64,000 nt of DNA from Patescibacteria group bacterium (GCA_023474215.1 JAMCYI010000011.1:16739-80738), one strand, 5' to 3'. Shown: positions 25,450-34,687, counted from the first letter of the stretch. Notes: generated from the sequence alone by a model not told the origin. Translations and numbers: made by a program.

Positions 25450-25588
25450 TAAATTCTAAATTCAAAATCTTAAATCCTAAATAAATCCAAATGTCCTAAA
25501 TCTAAAAATACTAAACACGTGTTTTGGTCATTGTTATTTTGAATTTCGGTCATTGTTTAGGATTTAGTGCTTAGAGCTTAGGATTTCG
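25450..25588. repeat. Inverted pair of degenerate heptamer arrays
   Basis: About 7-nt periodic (T)CTAAAT/CAAAAT units on the left and TTTAGGA/TTAGTGC/TTAGAGC units on the right around CACGTG. Confidence 0.75.
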
Positions 25589-26390
25589 AAGCACCAAGAT
25601 GCTTCGCGCTCCACGCATAGAGAACGACGGCCGCGGAGACCGAGGCGTTCAGCGATTCGCATACGGGGTCCATTGGGATCCGAAGTCGTACGTCGCAAAG
25701 TTCCAGGGTCTTCTCGCGAATCCCCCGCCCCTCGTTCCCGACAATGAAAAGCGCAGGCGCATCGAATGGTTCGTCCGCAATGTTCGTGGAACCGTTCATC
25801 ACAAGACCGTAGGTTTTGAATCCCATCTCCTTGAGATCCTGAATCGCATAGTTCACGTTCCCGATCGAGACCAAGGGCACCGAAAAAACCATGCCGGCCG
25901 AGACCTTCACGACGGCGCCCGTGACCGGAGCCTGCCGGTGCTCGGGAATCAAGACGCCCGACGCGCCGAACGCGGCCGCCGACCGGATAACGGCTCCCAC
26001 ATTGTGCGGATCGGTCAGTTCATCTAAGAGGACGAGGATTGTTTCTTCCGTTGGTTTGAGATTCTTTTTAAAAACGCTGAAATCAACGACAAGCGACGTG
26101 GGATCCACAACGGCGATGACGCCTTGGTGTGACGCGTCTTTCCCCACGAGGTGCGCGGCGTCGTTCGATTTCATAATCGAGAACGGAATCCCCCGCTTCG
26201 AGAGGTTCTCCCGGAGATCCCGCTCGCTCGCTTCGGGTGAGAGGAATACCTTCTTGACCGTGTGCGGAGCTTTTGCGAGCGCTTCCTCCAAGGCATGCCG
26301 GCCGTACATATAGATCTTCTCCTGATTATGGGAGGTGCGTCCGTTGAACTTCTCCCGCCTCTCGAACTTCCTTGACCTGAATTTCTTCAT
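25578..26390 (-). CDS. rlmB: 23S rRNA (Gm2251) methyltransferase RlmB, TrmH/SPOUT family
   Basis: YGRHALEEAL, HQGVIA, DPHNVGAVIRSA, GNEGRG and ESLNASV. Confidence 0.93.
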   Translation of the reverse strand: MKKFRSRKFERREKFNGRTSHNQEKIYMYGRHALEEALAKAPHTVKKVFLSPEASERDLRENLSKRGIPFSIMKSNDAAHLVGKDASHQGVIAVVDPTSLVVDFSVFKKNLKPTEETILVLLDELTDPHNVGAVIRSAAAFGASGVLIPEHRQAPVTGAVVKVSAGMVFSVPLVSIGNVNYAIQDLKEMGFKTYGLVMNGSTNIADEPFDAPALFIVGNEGRGIREKTLELCDVRLRIPMDPVCESLNASVSAAVVLYAWSAKHLGASKS

Positions 26391-26458
26391 ATATGCTCAA
26401 GCATACCCTACGCCCACTGGATTTGACAACGTCTTCTCTGTATATAATAGTTAAATCA

Positions 26459-26524
26459 ATGAAATTGACTATTGTAATAGATTCTTGGCATTACCATCAC
26501 CTTTTCTGGCGAAAGGGTGCATAA
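26459..26524 (+). CDS. Putative leader peptide MKLTIVIDSWHYHHLFWRKGA
   Basis: 21-aa ORF after TATAAT (26443-26448) with clustered Trp/His/Tyr/Phe codons, overlapping an attenuator hairpin. Confidence 0.6.
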   Translation: MKLTIVIDSWHYHHLFWRKGA

Positions 26525-26588
26525 TGCACTTGTTCTCGATAAACGATTTTCCATTATTGAACACCCTCTCGCGAAGCAGGGTGTTTTT
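26498..26588 (+). promoter_or_regulatory. Transcription attenuator (1:2 / 2:3 / 3:4 hairpins)
   Basis: CACCTTTT/AAAGGGTG (26498-26519); terminator AACACCCT/AGGGTGTT+TTT (26560-26588); AGGGTG(26514-19) can alternatively pair with CACCCT(26562-67). Confidence 0.6.
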
Positions 26589-26604
26589 ATAATTTTCTTC
26601 TTCC

Positions 26605-27258
26605 ATGAAAATAAAACTTATACTTTTCGACATAGACAATACCCTCATATACGGCGAATCCGCTTCCCGGTATTATCGGCAATATTCCCCGCTCCTTGAG
26701 AAAACTCTCGCTTCTTGTCTCGGCATTTCCGTTCCTGAAGCAAAACGAATAGCCGACGAGCACCGGCGGATGTTTCATGGGCGTGGAGAAAAATCATTTG
26801 AGACCTACGGCGTCGGCTTGTCGGAATGGTACGAGTCAATATGCAGCTTAGACCCCCGTCCATTCATAGGCGAAATGCCGCGGGTTCGATCACTCCTCCG
26901 CTCTTTGAGAGAAGCGGGATACGAATTGGGAGCAATAACTGACGGTCCAATCAGCCAAGCGGACAGGATTTTGTCGTGCGCCGGCATTGACAAGAACACC
27001 TTCTCTCTCTTTACCGGCTGGATAAAAGGCAGAGCGATGCCAAAAGGAGGCGAGGAACAAATCTTCAGGAAAATCATAACTAAAAAGAAATTGAAGCCGG
27101 AGGAGATCCTCATGATCGGAGATTCCGTCAATACGGACATTCTTCCGGCACAAAAGTGCGGGATGAATATTCTCCACGTGAAAGGAAATGGCGCGAGCGA
27201 ATTTCCGAGCATATCATCAATCGAGGAATTGTTACAATATTTAAAGACATATGAATAA
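26605..27258 (+). CDS. HAD-superfamily hydrolase
   Basis: FDIDNTL, ITDG and MIGDSVNTDI motifs. Confidence 0.9.
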   Translation: MKIKLILFDIDNTLIYGESASRYYRQYSPLLEKTLASCLGISVPEAKRIADEHRRMFHGRGEKSFETYGVGLSEWYESICSLDPRPFIGEMPRVRSLLRSLREAGYELGAITDGPISQADRILSCAGIDKNTFSLFTGWIKGRAMPKGGEEQIFRKIITKKKLKPEEILMIGDSVNTDILPAQKCGMNILHVKGNGASEFPSISSIEELLQYLKTYE

Positions 27259-28174
27259 AAGGAAGATCAAAATACCAATCATCATCGACACCGACCCGGG
27301 GCACGACGACGCCCTCGCCATCATGCTCCTTGAAAAATCCGGTGTGGCGGATATTAAAGCCGTTACCACAGTTGCCGGAAACAGTACGATTCAGAATGTG
27401 ACCAATAATGCCCGGTACATACTCGATCTCTTGGGCGTTTCTACTCCTCTCTTTTCGGGATCTTCAAAACCGATTAAACGAAAACTAGTACAGGCCGTCG
27501 TACATGGTAAGAGCGGCCTCGATGGCGCAAAGATCAAAAAACGCGAAAAACTGACGGGTGATGCTGTGGAGAAAATCATATCGATAGTCCGAGAAAATCC
27601 CAGGGAGATTTCGATTGTTGCCATCGGCCCGGAAACCAATCTGGCAAAAGCTTTCATTCGTGATCCGAAACTTCCTTCACTCATCAAACAACTCGTGATC
27701 ATGGGCGGGGCAATTAGTGCTCCGGGAAACAAGAACAGAGTTGCTGAATTCAACGTCTTTGTTGACCCGGAAGCCGCAGACATTGTGTTCAAGACAGCAG
27801 TAAAGAAAGTATTGATACCCCTCGACGTTTGCAACGACATTGTCCTCCGAAAAACCGATTTTGAGAAGTTGAAAAAAACTCTTCTCACTGAATCCGTTTT
27901 AAGAATGATGGATAAGTACATCTACGGTTTGTCGGTCAATGAGAAAGCGAACGGTGCGTTGATGTATGATCCTCTCGCTGCTTACTACCTCATAAATCCT
28001 TCGGCATATAAACTCCAACCTATGGATATTCGGATAGAAACGGCAGGTGAGATCACAAGAGGAATGACGGTTGTGGAACGACGAACATGGGCTCAAAAGA
28101 ACCCCAATGTATTGGTAGCAACCAAAATAGATGGGGGTGTGTTCAAGAAGGATTTCTTAAGGACCCTTCAATGA
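27251..28174 (+). CDS. Nucleoside hydrolase (IUNH family)
   Basis: DTDPGHDDA, VAGN, MGGA, AEFNVFVDPEAA and YDPLA. Confidence 0.95.
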   Translation: MNKRKIKIPIIIDTDPGHDDALAIMLLEKSGVADIKAVTTVAGNSTIQNVTNNARYILDLLGVSTPLFSGSSKPIKRKLVQAVVHGKSGLDGAKIKKREKLTGDAVEKIISIVRENPREISIVAIGPETNLAKAFIRDPKLPSLIKQLVIMGGAISAPGNKNRVAEFNVFVDPEAADIVFKTAVKKVLIPLDVCNDIVLRKTDFEKLKKTLLTESVLRMMDKYIYGLSVNEKANGALMYDPLAAYYLINPSAYKLQPMDIRIETAGEITRGMTVVERRTWAQKNPNVLVATKIDGGVFKKDFLRTLQ

Positions 28175-28252
28175 TCCTCCGAACGGATGCGCTTTGCGCC
28201 CGCTTTCTCCGTTCTCGCTGCAGCGAGGTGGGATATCCAGGAAAAGCACCAT

Positions 28253-28287
28253 AAAAATAACGCGGGGGTTGATCCCGCGTTATTTTT
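28253..28287. terminator. Bidirectional intrinsic terminator
   Basis: AAAAATAACGCGGG/CCCGCGTTATTTTT. Confidence 0.8.
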
Positions 28288-28311
28288 CAGAATCGATTCT
28301 TTCTACCCTTT

Positions 28312-28623
28312 CTACTCGGCGCCGTTAAACTCGTGATTGACGTTTATGCCGTTTGGATCTTGGTGACCAATGCCGGGCACGTCTTTCTCTTTCACTTCAC
28401 CGTTTACCGACCCTTTCTCTCCTTCAATATTCGCCGATTCTTGGGTGGGTTGCCCCTCGCTAACCCCGAGGTTCGCTTGACTGCTCGTCTTTTCTATAAC
28501 CGGCGATTGATTCGCGTTTACCGACGAAGTTTGGGCGAATGACTGAGCCGCTATTGAACCGAGCGATCCCAAACCGGCAAGGGCGACGGCGAGGAGGAGG
28601 GCTGTTTTTTTATTGAATTTCAT
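28312..28623 (-). CDS. Small secreted acidic protein
   Basis: Signal peptide MKFNKKTALLL...SFA; C-terminal GHQDPNGINVNHEFNGAE. Confidence 0.65.
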   Translation of the reverse strand: MKFNKKTALLLAVALAGLGSLGSIAAQSFAQTSSVNANQSPVIEKTSSQANLGVSEGQPTQESANIEGEKGSVNGEVKEKDVPGIGHQDPNGINVNHEFNGAE

Positions 28624-28714
28624 ACCATAAAACTGATAGTTCTGACATCTCACGCCGACCTTTATATCATGAGATGGTATCAGTTTAACCGACCATTGAT
28701 GAAATCTTTGTGAA

Positions 28715-29737
28715 TCACGTCTCATCCATCAAAGGAAGGGTGATGGTCACAATCGTTCCCTTACCTACTTCGCTTTCTAAAGCAATCGCACCTCCGCATT
28801 TCTCAATAATCTCTCGAGTTATGGAGAGACCCAGGCCGGCTCCCTCCCTCTCGGAATGCGACTCATCAACTCTAAAAAATGGATCAAAGACGCGGGAAAG
28901 CTGCTCGGGTGGTATGCCAATACCGGAATCTTTTACTATCACTTTTCCAACTGCATGCTCCTTCAGGAGAGTAACGGCGACACTTCCGCCGTTTGGCGTA
29001 TATTGAATAGCATTGTGGATGATGTTCGACAACGCCCGCTCAAAGGAAATGGCATCGCCCATGACGAAAATTTCATTGTCCGCGTTTTCATTGACCGCAA
29101 GGGCAATGTGTTTCGCTCGAGCAAGTGGTAATAACTTTTTTACAACCCCCAAAGAACTCTCCGTCACCGAAAAACGTGCCGCGTTCACCTTTGCACCCCC
29201 ACCCTTTATCATTTCCAAGAGATTGTTTGCCAACGCGGTCAATCCATTGATTTCCTCGATGGCACTCTGCACAGTCTTTTTAACCGGCGAGGAAATTTCC
29301 GGCTGACCGCGGAGGGTCACCTCCATCTCCGTTTTCATAACCGCGAGGGGGGTACGGAGTTCATGGGCCGCATCGGCAATAAATCGCCGTTCTCGGTTTG
29401 TTGCTTTCTTGATCGGACGGAGTGTGATACTCGTAACAAAAAAGCCAAAAATGAGCACCAACGCTAGGACAACAATATCGGCAAAGATGATTCTCGCCTC
29501 GAGGGCTCCCGCCGCGTGATTCAGCGCCGCCTGCTGGATAGCATCGGTCGGGAAATCACCGTTCAGCGAGTCATTGAGTTCCTTGAAAAGAGTTCCATAG
29601 AGGAGGTAGCTGAAGATGCCAAGCATCACTGCCGCCGTTCCCACATAAACCGCGGTTAATTTAACGCGGGCAGTGAAAAATTCATCACGCCGCCATTTTG
29701 TAACCAACGCCGCGAATGGTTTGAATAATTTTCCCAT
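28715..29737 (-). CDS. Sensor histidine kinase
   Basis: Two TM helices, AHELRTPL H-box and N/G1/F/G2 boxes. Confidence 0.95.
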   Translation of the reverse strand: MGKLFKPFAALVTKWRRDEFFTARVKLTAVYVGTAAVMLGIFSYLLYGTLFKELNDSLNGDFPTDAIQQAALNHAAGALEARIIFADIVVLALVLIFGFFVTSITLRPIKKATNRERRFIADAAHELRTPLAVMKTEMEVTLRGQPEISSPVKKTVQSAIEEINGLTALANNLLEMIKGGGAKVNAARFSVTESSLGVVKKLLPLARAKHIALAVNENADNEIFVMGDAISFERALSNIIHNAIQYTPNGGSVAVTLLKEHAVGKVIVKDSGIGIPPEQLSRVFDPFFRVDESHSEREGAGLGLSITREIIEKCGGAIALESEVGKGTIVTITLPLMDET

Positions 29738-30353
29738 TGTCTTTCAATTTTTTGCGGATATTTTTTACGTGGACATCTACCGTATTGCTGAGCGATGAAT
29801 CGGCAAAATCCCAGGCATGATCGTACAGATCATCCCGCGTGATAACTTGGTTCTTGTTTCTCATGAGATACTCAAGTACCATAAATTCCTTCAGCGTGAG
29901 CGCAATTTCTCTCCCTGAAGAGTGCACGCGACGGGTCTGGGGATCAAGGGTGATGTTGCCGGCAGTAAGAAGCATATGCGGTTTACCTTGTGGTCTCCGG
30001 AGAAGCGCACGGACTCTCGCTACAAGCTCATCAAACGAGAAGGGTTTGGCTAGATAATCATCGGCACCTGCATTCAATCCGGAAACCTTGTCGCCAGTAG
30101 CATCGCGCGCAGTAAGCATTAGGATGGGCGTTGTAATGCCTTCGCCGCGCCACGCGCGACAAACCGCGACTCCATCCTTGCCGGGGAGCATCAAATCAAG
30201 CACGATCGTATCATAACTGTCGCGGTTCACCAACACCCTCCTTTCAGCGATCAGTCCGTCAAAAAGACAATCGACCGCGAAGCCTTCCTGCTCGAGGCCA
30301 ATCCGAAGACTCCTCGCGAGTTTTTCATTATCTTCAACAATCAATATTTTCAT
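29685..30353 (-). CDS. OmpR/PhoB-family response regulator
   Basis: ILIVED, LDLMLPG, GADDYLAKPF and winged-helix TIRGVGY. Confidence 0.96.
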   Translation of the reverse strand: MKILIVEDNEKLARSLRIGLEQEGFAVDCLFDGLIAERRVLVNRDSYDTIVLDLMLPGKDGVAVCRAWRGEGITTPILMLTARDATGDKVSGLNAGADDYLAKPFSFDELVARVRALLRRPQGKPHMLLTAGNITLDPQTRRVHSSGREIALTLKEFMVLEYLMRNKNQVITRDDLYDHAWDFADSSLSNTVDVHVKNIRKKLKDNGKIIQTIRGVGYKMAA

Positions 30354-30401
30354 CTCTTTGTACCCTTCTCCATTATAGGTGAAAGTTTTATGAAGCAGTA
30401 T

Positions 30402-31154
30402 CTACAGCTTCCGGGCAAGGAAGTAAACGCTCGGCCCAAAAAAGAACTTAGCGAGCGGCCTTTGAAAATGGTTTTCCATAAGCAATAAAAGTGAAAGAGG
30501 TATTGCCTTCTTCATAAGCGGCGAACGGAAATTCGAAACGCTCAGCGTTGTTTCAATTATGAAGTCATTCCATTCGAGGAGAGAGGCAATGGTACGAGGA
30601 TGGTGATTGACGAAAGGAATATCATCATATGATGAATGGTCGACTGATTCGCGGGACAAGAGATTCCAAAAAAGAGAGGGGGCGTACAAGAGCGCCATAA
30701 GGGCGCGAAGGCGGTTTTTAAAGTGTACCTTGTTGGGAATTTCTAAGATAAGGTATCCGCCCGGCTTCACGACGCGTGAAATTTCAGCTATTGTCTTCCG
30801 CGGATTGTCTATATAGTGAAACATTCTGACGCAGAGGGCGGCATCGCATGAGCCGTTTGGAAGAGGCATATCCCACGAGGAGGCAATAAGGAAACGCACG
30901 TTCTTTCCCTCGGTTACTCTTTCTCTCGCGGCAATCAGTTGTTCTTTTGAAGAATCAAGCAGGATAAATTTTTTCCAATCGTTCTCATAAAGAGAAACCA
31001 TGCGTCCATTGCCAGCCCCGATATCGAGGAGAAGGCCTTTCTGGGACGGCATTGCGGAAAAAAGCTTTTTCACTGCCATGAAATCGGCCTCTTTTTCGTA
31101 GTCGCGGCCGCGCCAAAACTCATCATAGCGATAGTCATCGTACGCAGATGGCAT
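30402..31154 (-). CDS. Class I SAM-dependent methyltransferase
   Basis: LLDIGAGNGR and RVVKPGGYL motifs. Confidence 0.88.
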   Translation of the reverse strand: MPSAYDDYRYDEFWRGRDYEKEADFMAVKKLFSAMPSQKGLLLDIGAGNGRMVSLYENDWKKFILLDSSKEQLIAARERVTEGKNVRFLIASSWDMPLPNGSCDAALCVRMFHYIDNPRKTIAEISRVVKPGGYLILEIPNKVHFKNRLRALMALLYAPSLFWNLLSRESVDHSSYDDIPFVNHHPRTIASLLEWNDFIIETTLSVSNFRSPLMKKAIPLSLLLLMENHFQRPLAKFFFGPSVYFLARKL

Positions 31155-31198
31155 CCTAAAAACATACCAAGAATTTATGAAGATAGCATGAAAGCGTT

Positions 31199-32173
31199 TT
31201 ACCGCCCTTCAATGATCCTCCGAACGGATGCGGCATCTTCCGCTTCCATGAGCTTTATGCGCAATTCTTTCGCGTCGTCGAAACCGGAAACATATGCCTT
31301 GAAATGCTTTTTCATGACCTCGAAATTCTTGATGCGAGCTTCCGTGTTGCTCTTGTAGAGTTTCTCGAAAAGTTCCGTGTGCGTTACTAATCTTTCCAGC
31401 TTCTCGCGGAGATCGGGCACGCGGCCCGAGAAAAACCATGGATTTCCGAAAACGCCGCGCCCCACCATGACGCCATCGAGGCCGGTTTCTTTCGCGCGCC
31501 GCTTCGCTTCGTCGAGCGATGAAATATCGCCGTTCCCCAAGAGGAGCGTCCGAGGCGCGATCTGATTTCTCATTTCCACTATCTTTGGCGCCAAGTCCCA
31601 GTGCGCCGGAACTTTCGACATTTCATTCCGCGTCCGGAAGTGGATAGTAAGCGCGGCAATATGTTCTTTAAGAAGCGCCGGCATCCAGGTTTCGATCTCG
31701 TTTTTCCGGTATCCGATGCGCGTTTTAACCGAGACCGGAAGTTTCCCCGCGCCGCGCTTTGCGGCCCGGATAATTTCCTTTGCGAGTGCGGGGTTCTTCA
31801 TGAGCGCGGCTCCCCCGCCGGATTTTTCAACACTCTTGTCGGGACACCCCATGTTGATGTCGATGCCGTCGAATCCGAGTTTTTGTATCAATGCTCCTAT
31901 TCGCTCAAATTGTTCCGGCTTGCCGCCGAAGAGCTGCGCGACAATCGGGTACTCTCGCTTGTCGTACCAAAGGTCAGGCAAGAGTTTTTGGCGCCCTTTC
32001 GAGAGGAGCCCTTCAACCGAAACGAATTCCGTCCAGAAAACGTCGGGCTTTTTGATTTCCACGAACATCCGCCGGAACGCGGCGTCCGTCACGTTCGCCA
32101 TGGGCGCCATCGCCATGATCGGTTTTTTGAGCTTTGCCCAAAACCCGAGGTTCGGTTCAGTGTCTCGCTTCAT
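31199..32173 (-). CDS. dus: tRNA-dihydrouridine synthase
   Basis: APMANVTD, IDINMGCP, VSVKTRIG, GNGDI and GVMVGRG. Confidence 0.95.
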   Translation of the reverse strand: MKRDTEPNLGFWAKLKKPIMAMAPMANVTDAAFRRMFVEIKKPDVFWTEFVSVEGLLSKGRQKLLPDLWYDKREYPIVAQLFGGKPEQFERIGALIQKLGFDGIDINMGCPDKSVEKSGGGAALMKNPALAKEIIRAAKRGAGKLPVSVKTRIGYRKNEIETWMPALLKEHIAALTIHFRTRNEMSKVPAHWDLAPKIVEMRNQIAPRTLLLGNGDISSLDEAKRRAKETGLDGVMVGRGVFGNPWFFSGRVPDLREKLERLVTHTELFEKLYKSNTEARIKNFEVMKKHFKAYVSGFDDAKELRIKLMEAEDAASVRRIIEGR

Positions 32174-32319
32174 ATATATGAAGACAGCGTACCATTTCTG
32201 ATACGCTGAGTTCAATGAGATACTACCTCACCTAGTGCTCCCTCTCGGCGTCGCGGAGAAGGATCAAGTATCCTTTCTTCCCAATCTTACCAATCTTACG
32301 AAGTCCAACTTCGTAAGAT

Positions 32320-32853
32320 TTACGATACTGCACCGACACCGGCGCGTTGTAAGAGCTTCTCCATGAACTCATCTTTGTGCTTTCGATAGGAGGTGTAGTC
32401 ATTGGGGTATTGGGCATAGAGGTCATTTTTAAAATCGGAGTATGCCCTCACTTCTTCCGGATGCGAACGCAGGTAGTCGCGCAAGGCGAGGATCTCCTGC
32501 ACCTCCGGATTGCCTTTTTCGAAAACATGAACGTTCGACAGGAGAACGTGGTCCTTCATCCGACGGAAGAGATGAGAATCGGACACCACGTACTCCGGCA
32601 GATGTTCATAGCCAAGACGCTTCATTTCCGCCGTATGCCGGTCGGCGGATGTAAGGTCGTCGACCACAATCAAAATATCAATCGTCGGCTTCCCGCTCAT
32701 GCCCGGCACCGAGGTGCTTCCGACGTGCTCAATGGCGAGAACATCACTCCCGAAGATTTTCTTTAATTCTTCCGCCTCTGCCGCAAATCGCTTCGGCCAC
32801 TCCGGGTTGTACGGCCCCACACTGTACCTGCGATTTTGATATTCTGCGTTCAT
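32320..32853 (-). CDS. GrpB family protein
   Basis: IEHVGSTSVPGMSGKPTIDI, RDYLR and Y...K motifs. Confidence 0.92.
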   Translation of the reverse strand: MNAEYQNRRYSVGPYNPEWPKRFAAEAEELKKIFGSDVLAIEHVGSTSVPGMSGKPTIDILIVVDDLTSADRHTAEMKRLGYEHLPEYVVSDSHLFRRMKDHVLLSNVHVFEKGNPEVQEILALRDYLRSHPEEVRAYSDFKNDLYAQYPNDYTSYRKHKDEFMEKLLQRAGVGAVS

Positions 32854-33299
32854 TTACCTAAATACATTCGCACTCCTTCCAGGATGCCGGATGTGAAATA
32901 CTCTGACGGATCGATCACCGCTAAGTCCAACCATTGATAGCCGGCGTGCTCGCTGCTGATCTTCAATTCCCCGCTTAAGTATTTTGCCTCAAAGAAAAGA
33001 TACAACACGTGGACGTCTTTCCCCGAACCGGTCATCGAGGCTGGGATCAAATGCCTGCCCGCGGCAACCGGCTTTTGCCGGAGCTGGAACTCAACATTTC
33101 CGATCTCTTCGGCCACTTCCCTCGCGATGATCTCGGAGAAATCTTTCCCGAACTCGTCCATATCGATCCTGCCGCCCGGCAAATCGTAGAAACCGGCATA
33201 GCTGCCGTCATCGACGGCTTTCAGCGCTAAAATCTTGCCGTCGTTCCTCTTCAGAAAGAGTTTCAGCGAAATTTGGTAGAGATCTTTTTCTTTTCCCAT
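32850..33299 (-). CDS. NUDIX hydrolase
   Basis: LPGGRIDMDE...REVAEEIG Nudix box; real start MGKEKD at 33299, just downstream of tRNA-Ser(TGA). Confidence 0.85.
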   Translation of the reverse strand: MGKEKDLYQISLKLFLKRNDGKILALKAVDDGSYAGFYDLPGGRIDMDEFGKDFSEIIAREVAEEIGNVEFQLRQKPVAAGRHLIPASMTGSGKDVHVLYLFFEAKYLSGELKISSEHAGYQWLDLAVIDPSEYFTSGILEGVRMYLGK

Positions 33300-33305
33300 A
33301 CGAGG

Positions 33306-33392
33306 CGGAAGGTGGAGGATTCGAACCTCCGAGAGGATTGCTCCTCTACCGCATTTCAAGTGCGGCGCGTTAGACCGCTCTGCCAACCTTCC
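33306..33392 (-). tRNA. tRNA-Ser(TGA)
   Basis: GGAAGGT...ACCTTCC-G; anticodon arm CCGCA-CTTGAAA-TGCGG; long variable arm. Confidence 0.95.
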
Positions 33393-33436
33393 CAGTGCTG
33401 GTATCATAAACCAGCACGAAGTCCTATGGCAAGAAA

Positions 33437-33820
33437 TTAGTACGGCCGGTGGATTCTGCTGAAAGCGCCGAAGCCGAAGAAGCTTCCCGCAATGCCCGCA
33501 ACACTCAAGATGGCGAAGACGAGGAGTACGATCACTGCAACCACGACGAGGATCTTTCCAGCATAATCGAACACCTTGAAGAATCCGTCGTACTCGGCTT
33601 GATGGTTGAACTGCGGGCTCTTTGCCGCGAGATCGTGGCCTTTCACGCCGAGGTATACCATGAAAACGATAAAGAAAGCAATGTTCACGAGCGGAATGAA
33701 GGCGAGGATGTACCACCAGAGCATCTTGTATTTTTTAATGCCGACCAAAAAGGGCAATGCGAAGAGGAACGCTCCCCACGACCACCCCGACGACGCAACG
33801 ATATGTTTGTTTTCTTCCAT
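33437..33820 (-). CDS. Membrane protein (WSWGAF motif)
   Basis: GWSWGAFLF and three hydrophobic segments; TGCTATAAT 7 nt upstream. Confidence 0.7.
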   Translation of the reverse strand: MEENKHIVASSGWSWGAFLFALPFLVGIKKYKMLWWYILAFIPLVNIAFFIVFMVYLGVKGHDLAAKSPQFNHQAEYDGFFKVFDYAGKILVVVAVIVLLVFAILSVAGIAGSFFGFGAFSRIHRPY

Positions 33821-33858
33821 AGAGTTGATTATAGCAGATAAAGATGAATAATTGAGTT

Positions 33859-34476
33859 ATGCTGAAAATCTACCTCGCGCGGCATGGGCAGGATAAAGAC
33901 AATGCCGCGGGCATCTTGAACGGCCGAAGAGACGAATTATTGACCGAACTTGGCTGGGAGCAGGCCCGGACGCTTGCAGCGGAAATCAAAAGTGCCAATC
34001 TTTCATTTGATGCGGTTTATACCTCTCCGCTCAAGCGTGCGGAGACGACTGCCCGGACCGTGACCGACGCACTCGGCGTCGCGCCGCCCATTGTTATGCC
34101 AAATCTCATCGAGCGGAACTTTGGAATCATGACGGGGAAACTTGTAAAAGATATTGCGGCACTTTGCGCACCAAATATTATCCAAGCCGATATCATCACC
34201 TACTTCCTCTCGCCCAAGGGGGCGGAAACATTCCCCGATCTCATCGAGCGAGGAAAGAAAGTAATTGAGGAGGTGCAACACCGGCACAAGGATGGGAACA
34301 TTCTCCTTGTTGGTCACGGCGACATGGGAAAAATGATCTATGCCGCCTACTATCATTTGGATTGGCGGTCGGTTCTCACGATGTTCCATTTCGGCAATTC
34401 GGAACTGCTCCTCCTTTCGGAGGATTCACCATCCGATGCCGCGCACGTTTTTACATTTAAGCAATTCAATCACTAA
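33859..34476 (+). CDS. Histidine phosphatase family protein
   Basis: LARHGQ, SPLKRA, ERNFG and LLVGHG. Confidence 0.92.
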   Translation: MLKIYLARHGQDKDNAAGILNGRRDELLTELGWEQARTLAAEIKSANLSFDAVYTSPLKRAETTARTVTDALGVAPPIVMPNLIERNFGIMTGKLVKDIAALCAPNIIQADIITYFLSPKGAETFPDLIERGKKVIEEVQHRHKDGNILLVGHGDMGKMIYAAYYHLDWRSVLTMFHFGNSELLLLSEDSPSDAAHVFTFKQFNH

Positions 34477-34507
34477 ACAAACACCCATCATAAAGATGGA
34501 TGTTTGT
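34477..34507. terminator. Hairpin terminator between the phosphatase and tRNA-Ala
   Basis: ACAAACACCCATC/GATGGATGTTTGT. Confidence 0.6.
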
Positions 34508-34512
34508 ATTTG

Positions 34513-34583
34513 TGGACCTACGGGGAATCGAACCCCGACCTCCTCCATGCCATGGAGGCGTAATACCATTTTACTATAAGCCC
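34513..34583 (-). tRNA. tRNA-Ala(GGC)
   Basis: GGGCTTA...TAGGTCC-A with G3:U70; anticodon arm CCTCC-ATGGCAT-GGAGG. Confidence 0.93.
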
Positions 34584-34615
34584 TTCTTGCCTGCACGCCG
34601 AGCAGGGTCGAAATG

Positions 34616-34687
34616 TGCACCCTGTAGGGATCGAACCTACGGTCTTTACAATGTCAATGTAACGCTTTACCACTAAGCTAAGGGTGC
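34616..34687 (-). tRNA. tRNA-Val(GAC)
   Basis: GCACCCT...AGGGTGC-A; anticodon arm TTACA-TTGACAT-TGTAA. Confidence 0.94.

Larger units (their letters stand above)
28164..31232. mobile_element. About 3-kb island bounded by a 28-bp direct repeat of the dus 3' end
   Basis: CCCTTCAATGATCCTCCGAACGGATGCG at 28164-28191 and 31205-31232. Confidence 0.75.

Noticed and set aside
26423-26448. Canonical sigma70 promoter TTGACA...TATAAT
   Set aside because: The spacing is only 14 nt, so the -35 assignment is not supported; only the -10 was used.
33300-33716. N-terminal extension of the 288-aa ORF 32850..33716
   Set aside because: It runs through tRNA-Ser(TGA) and another gene; the NUDIX protein starts at 33299.
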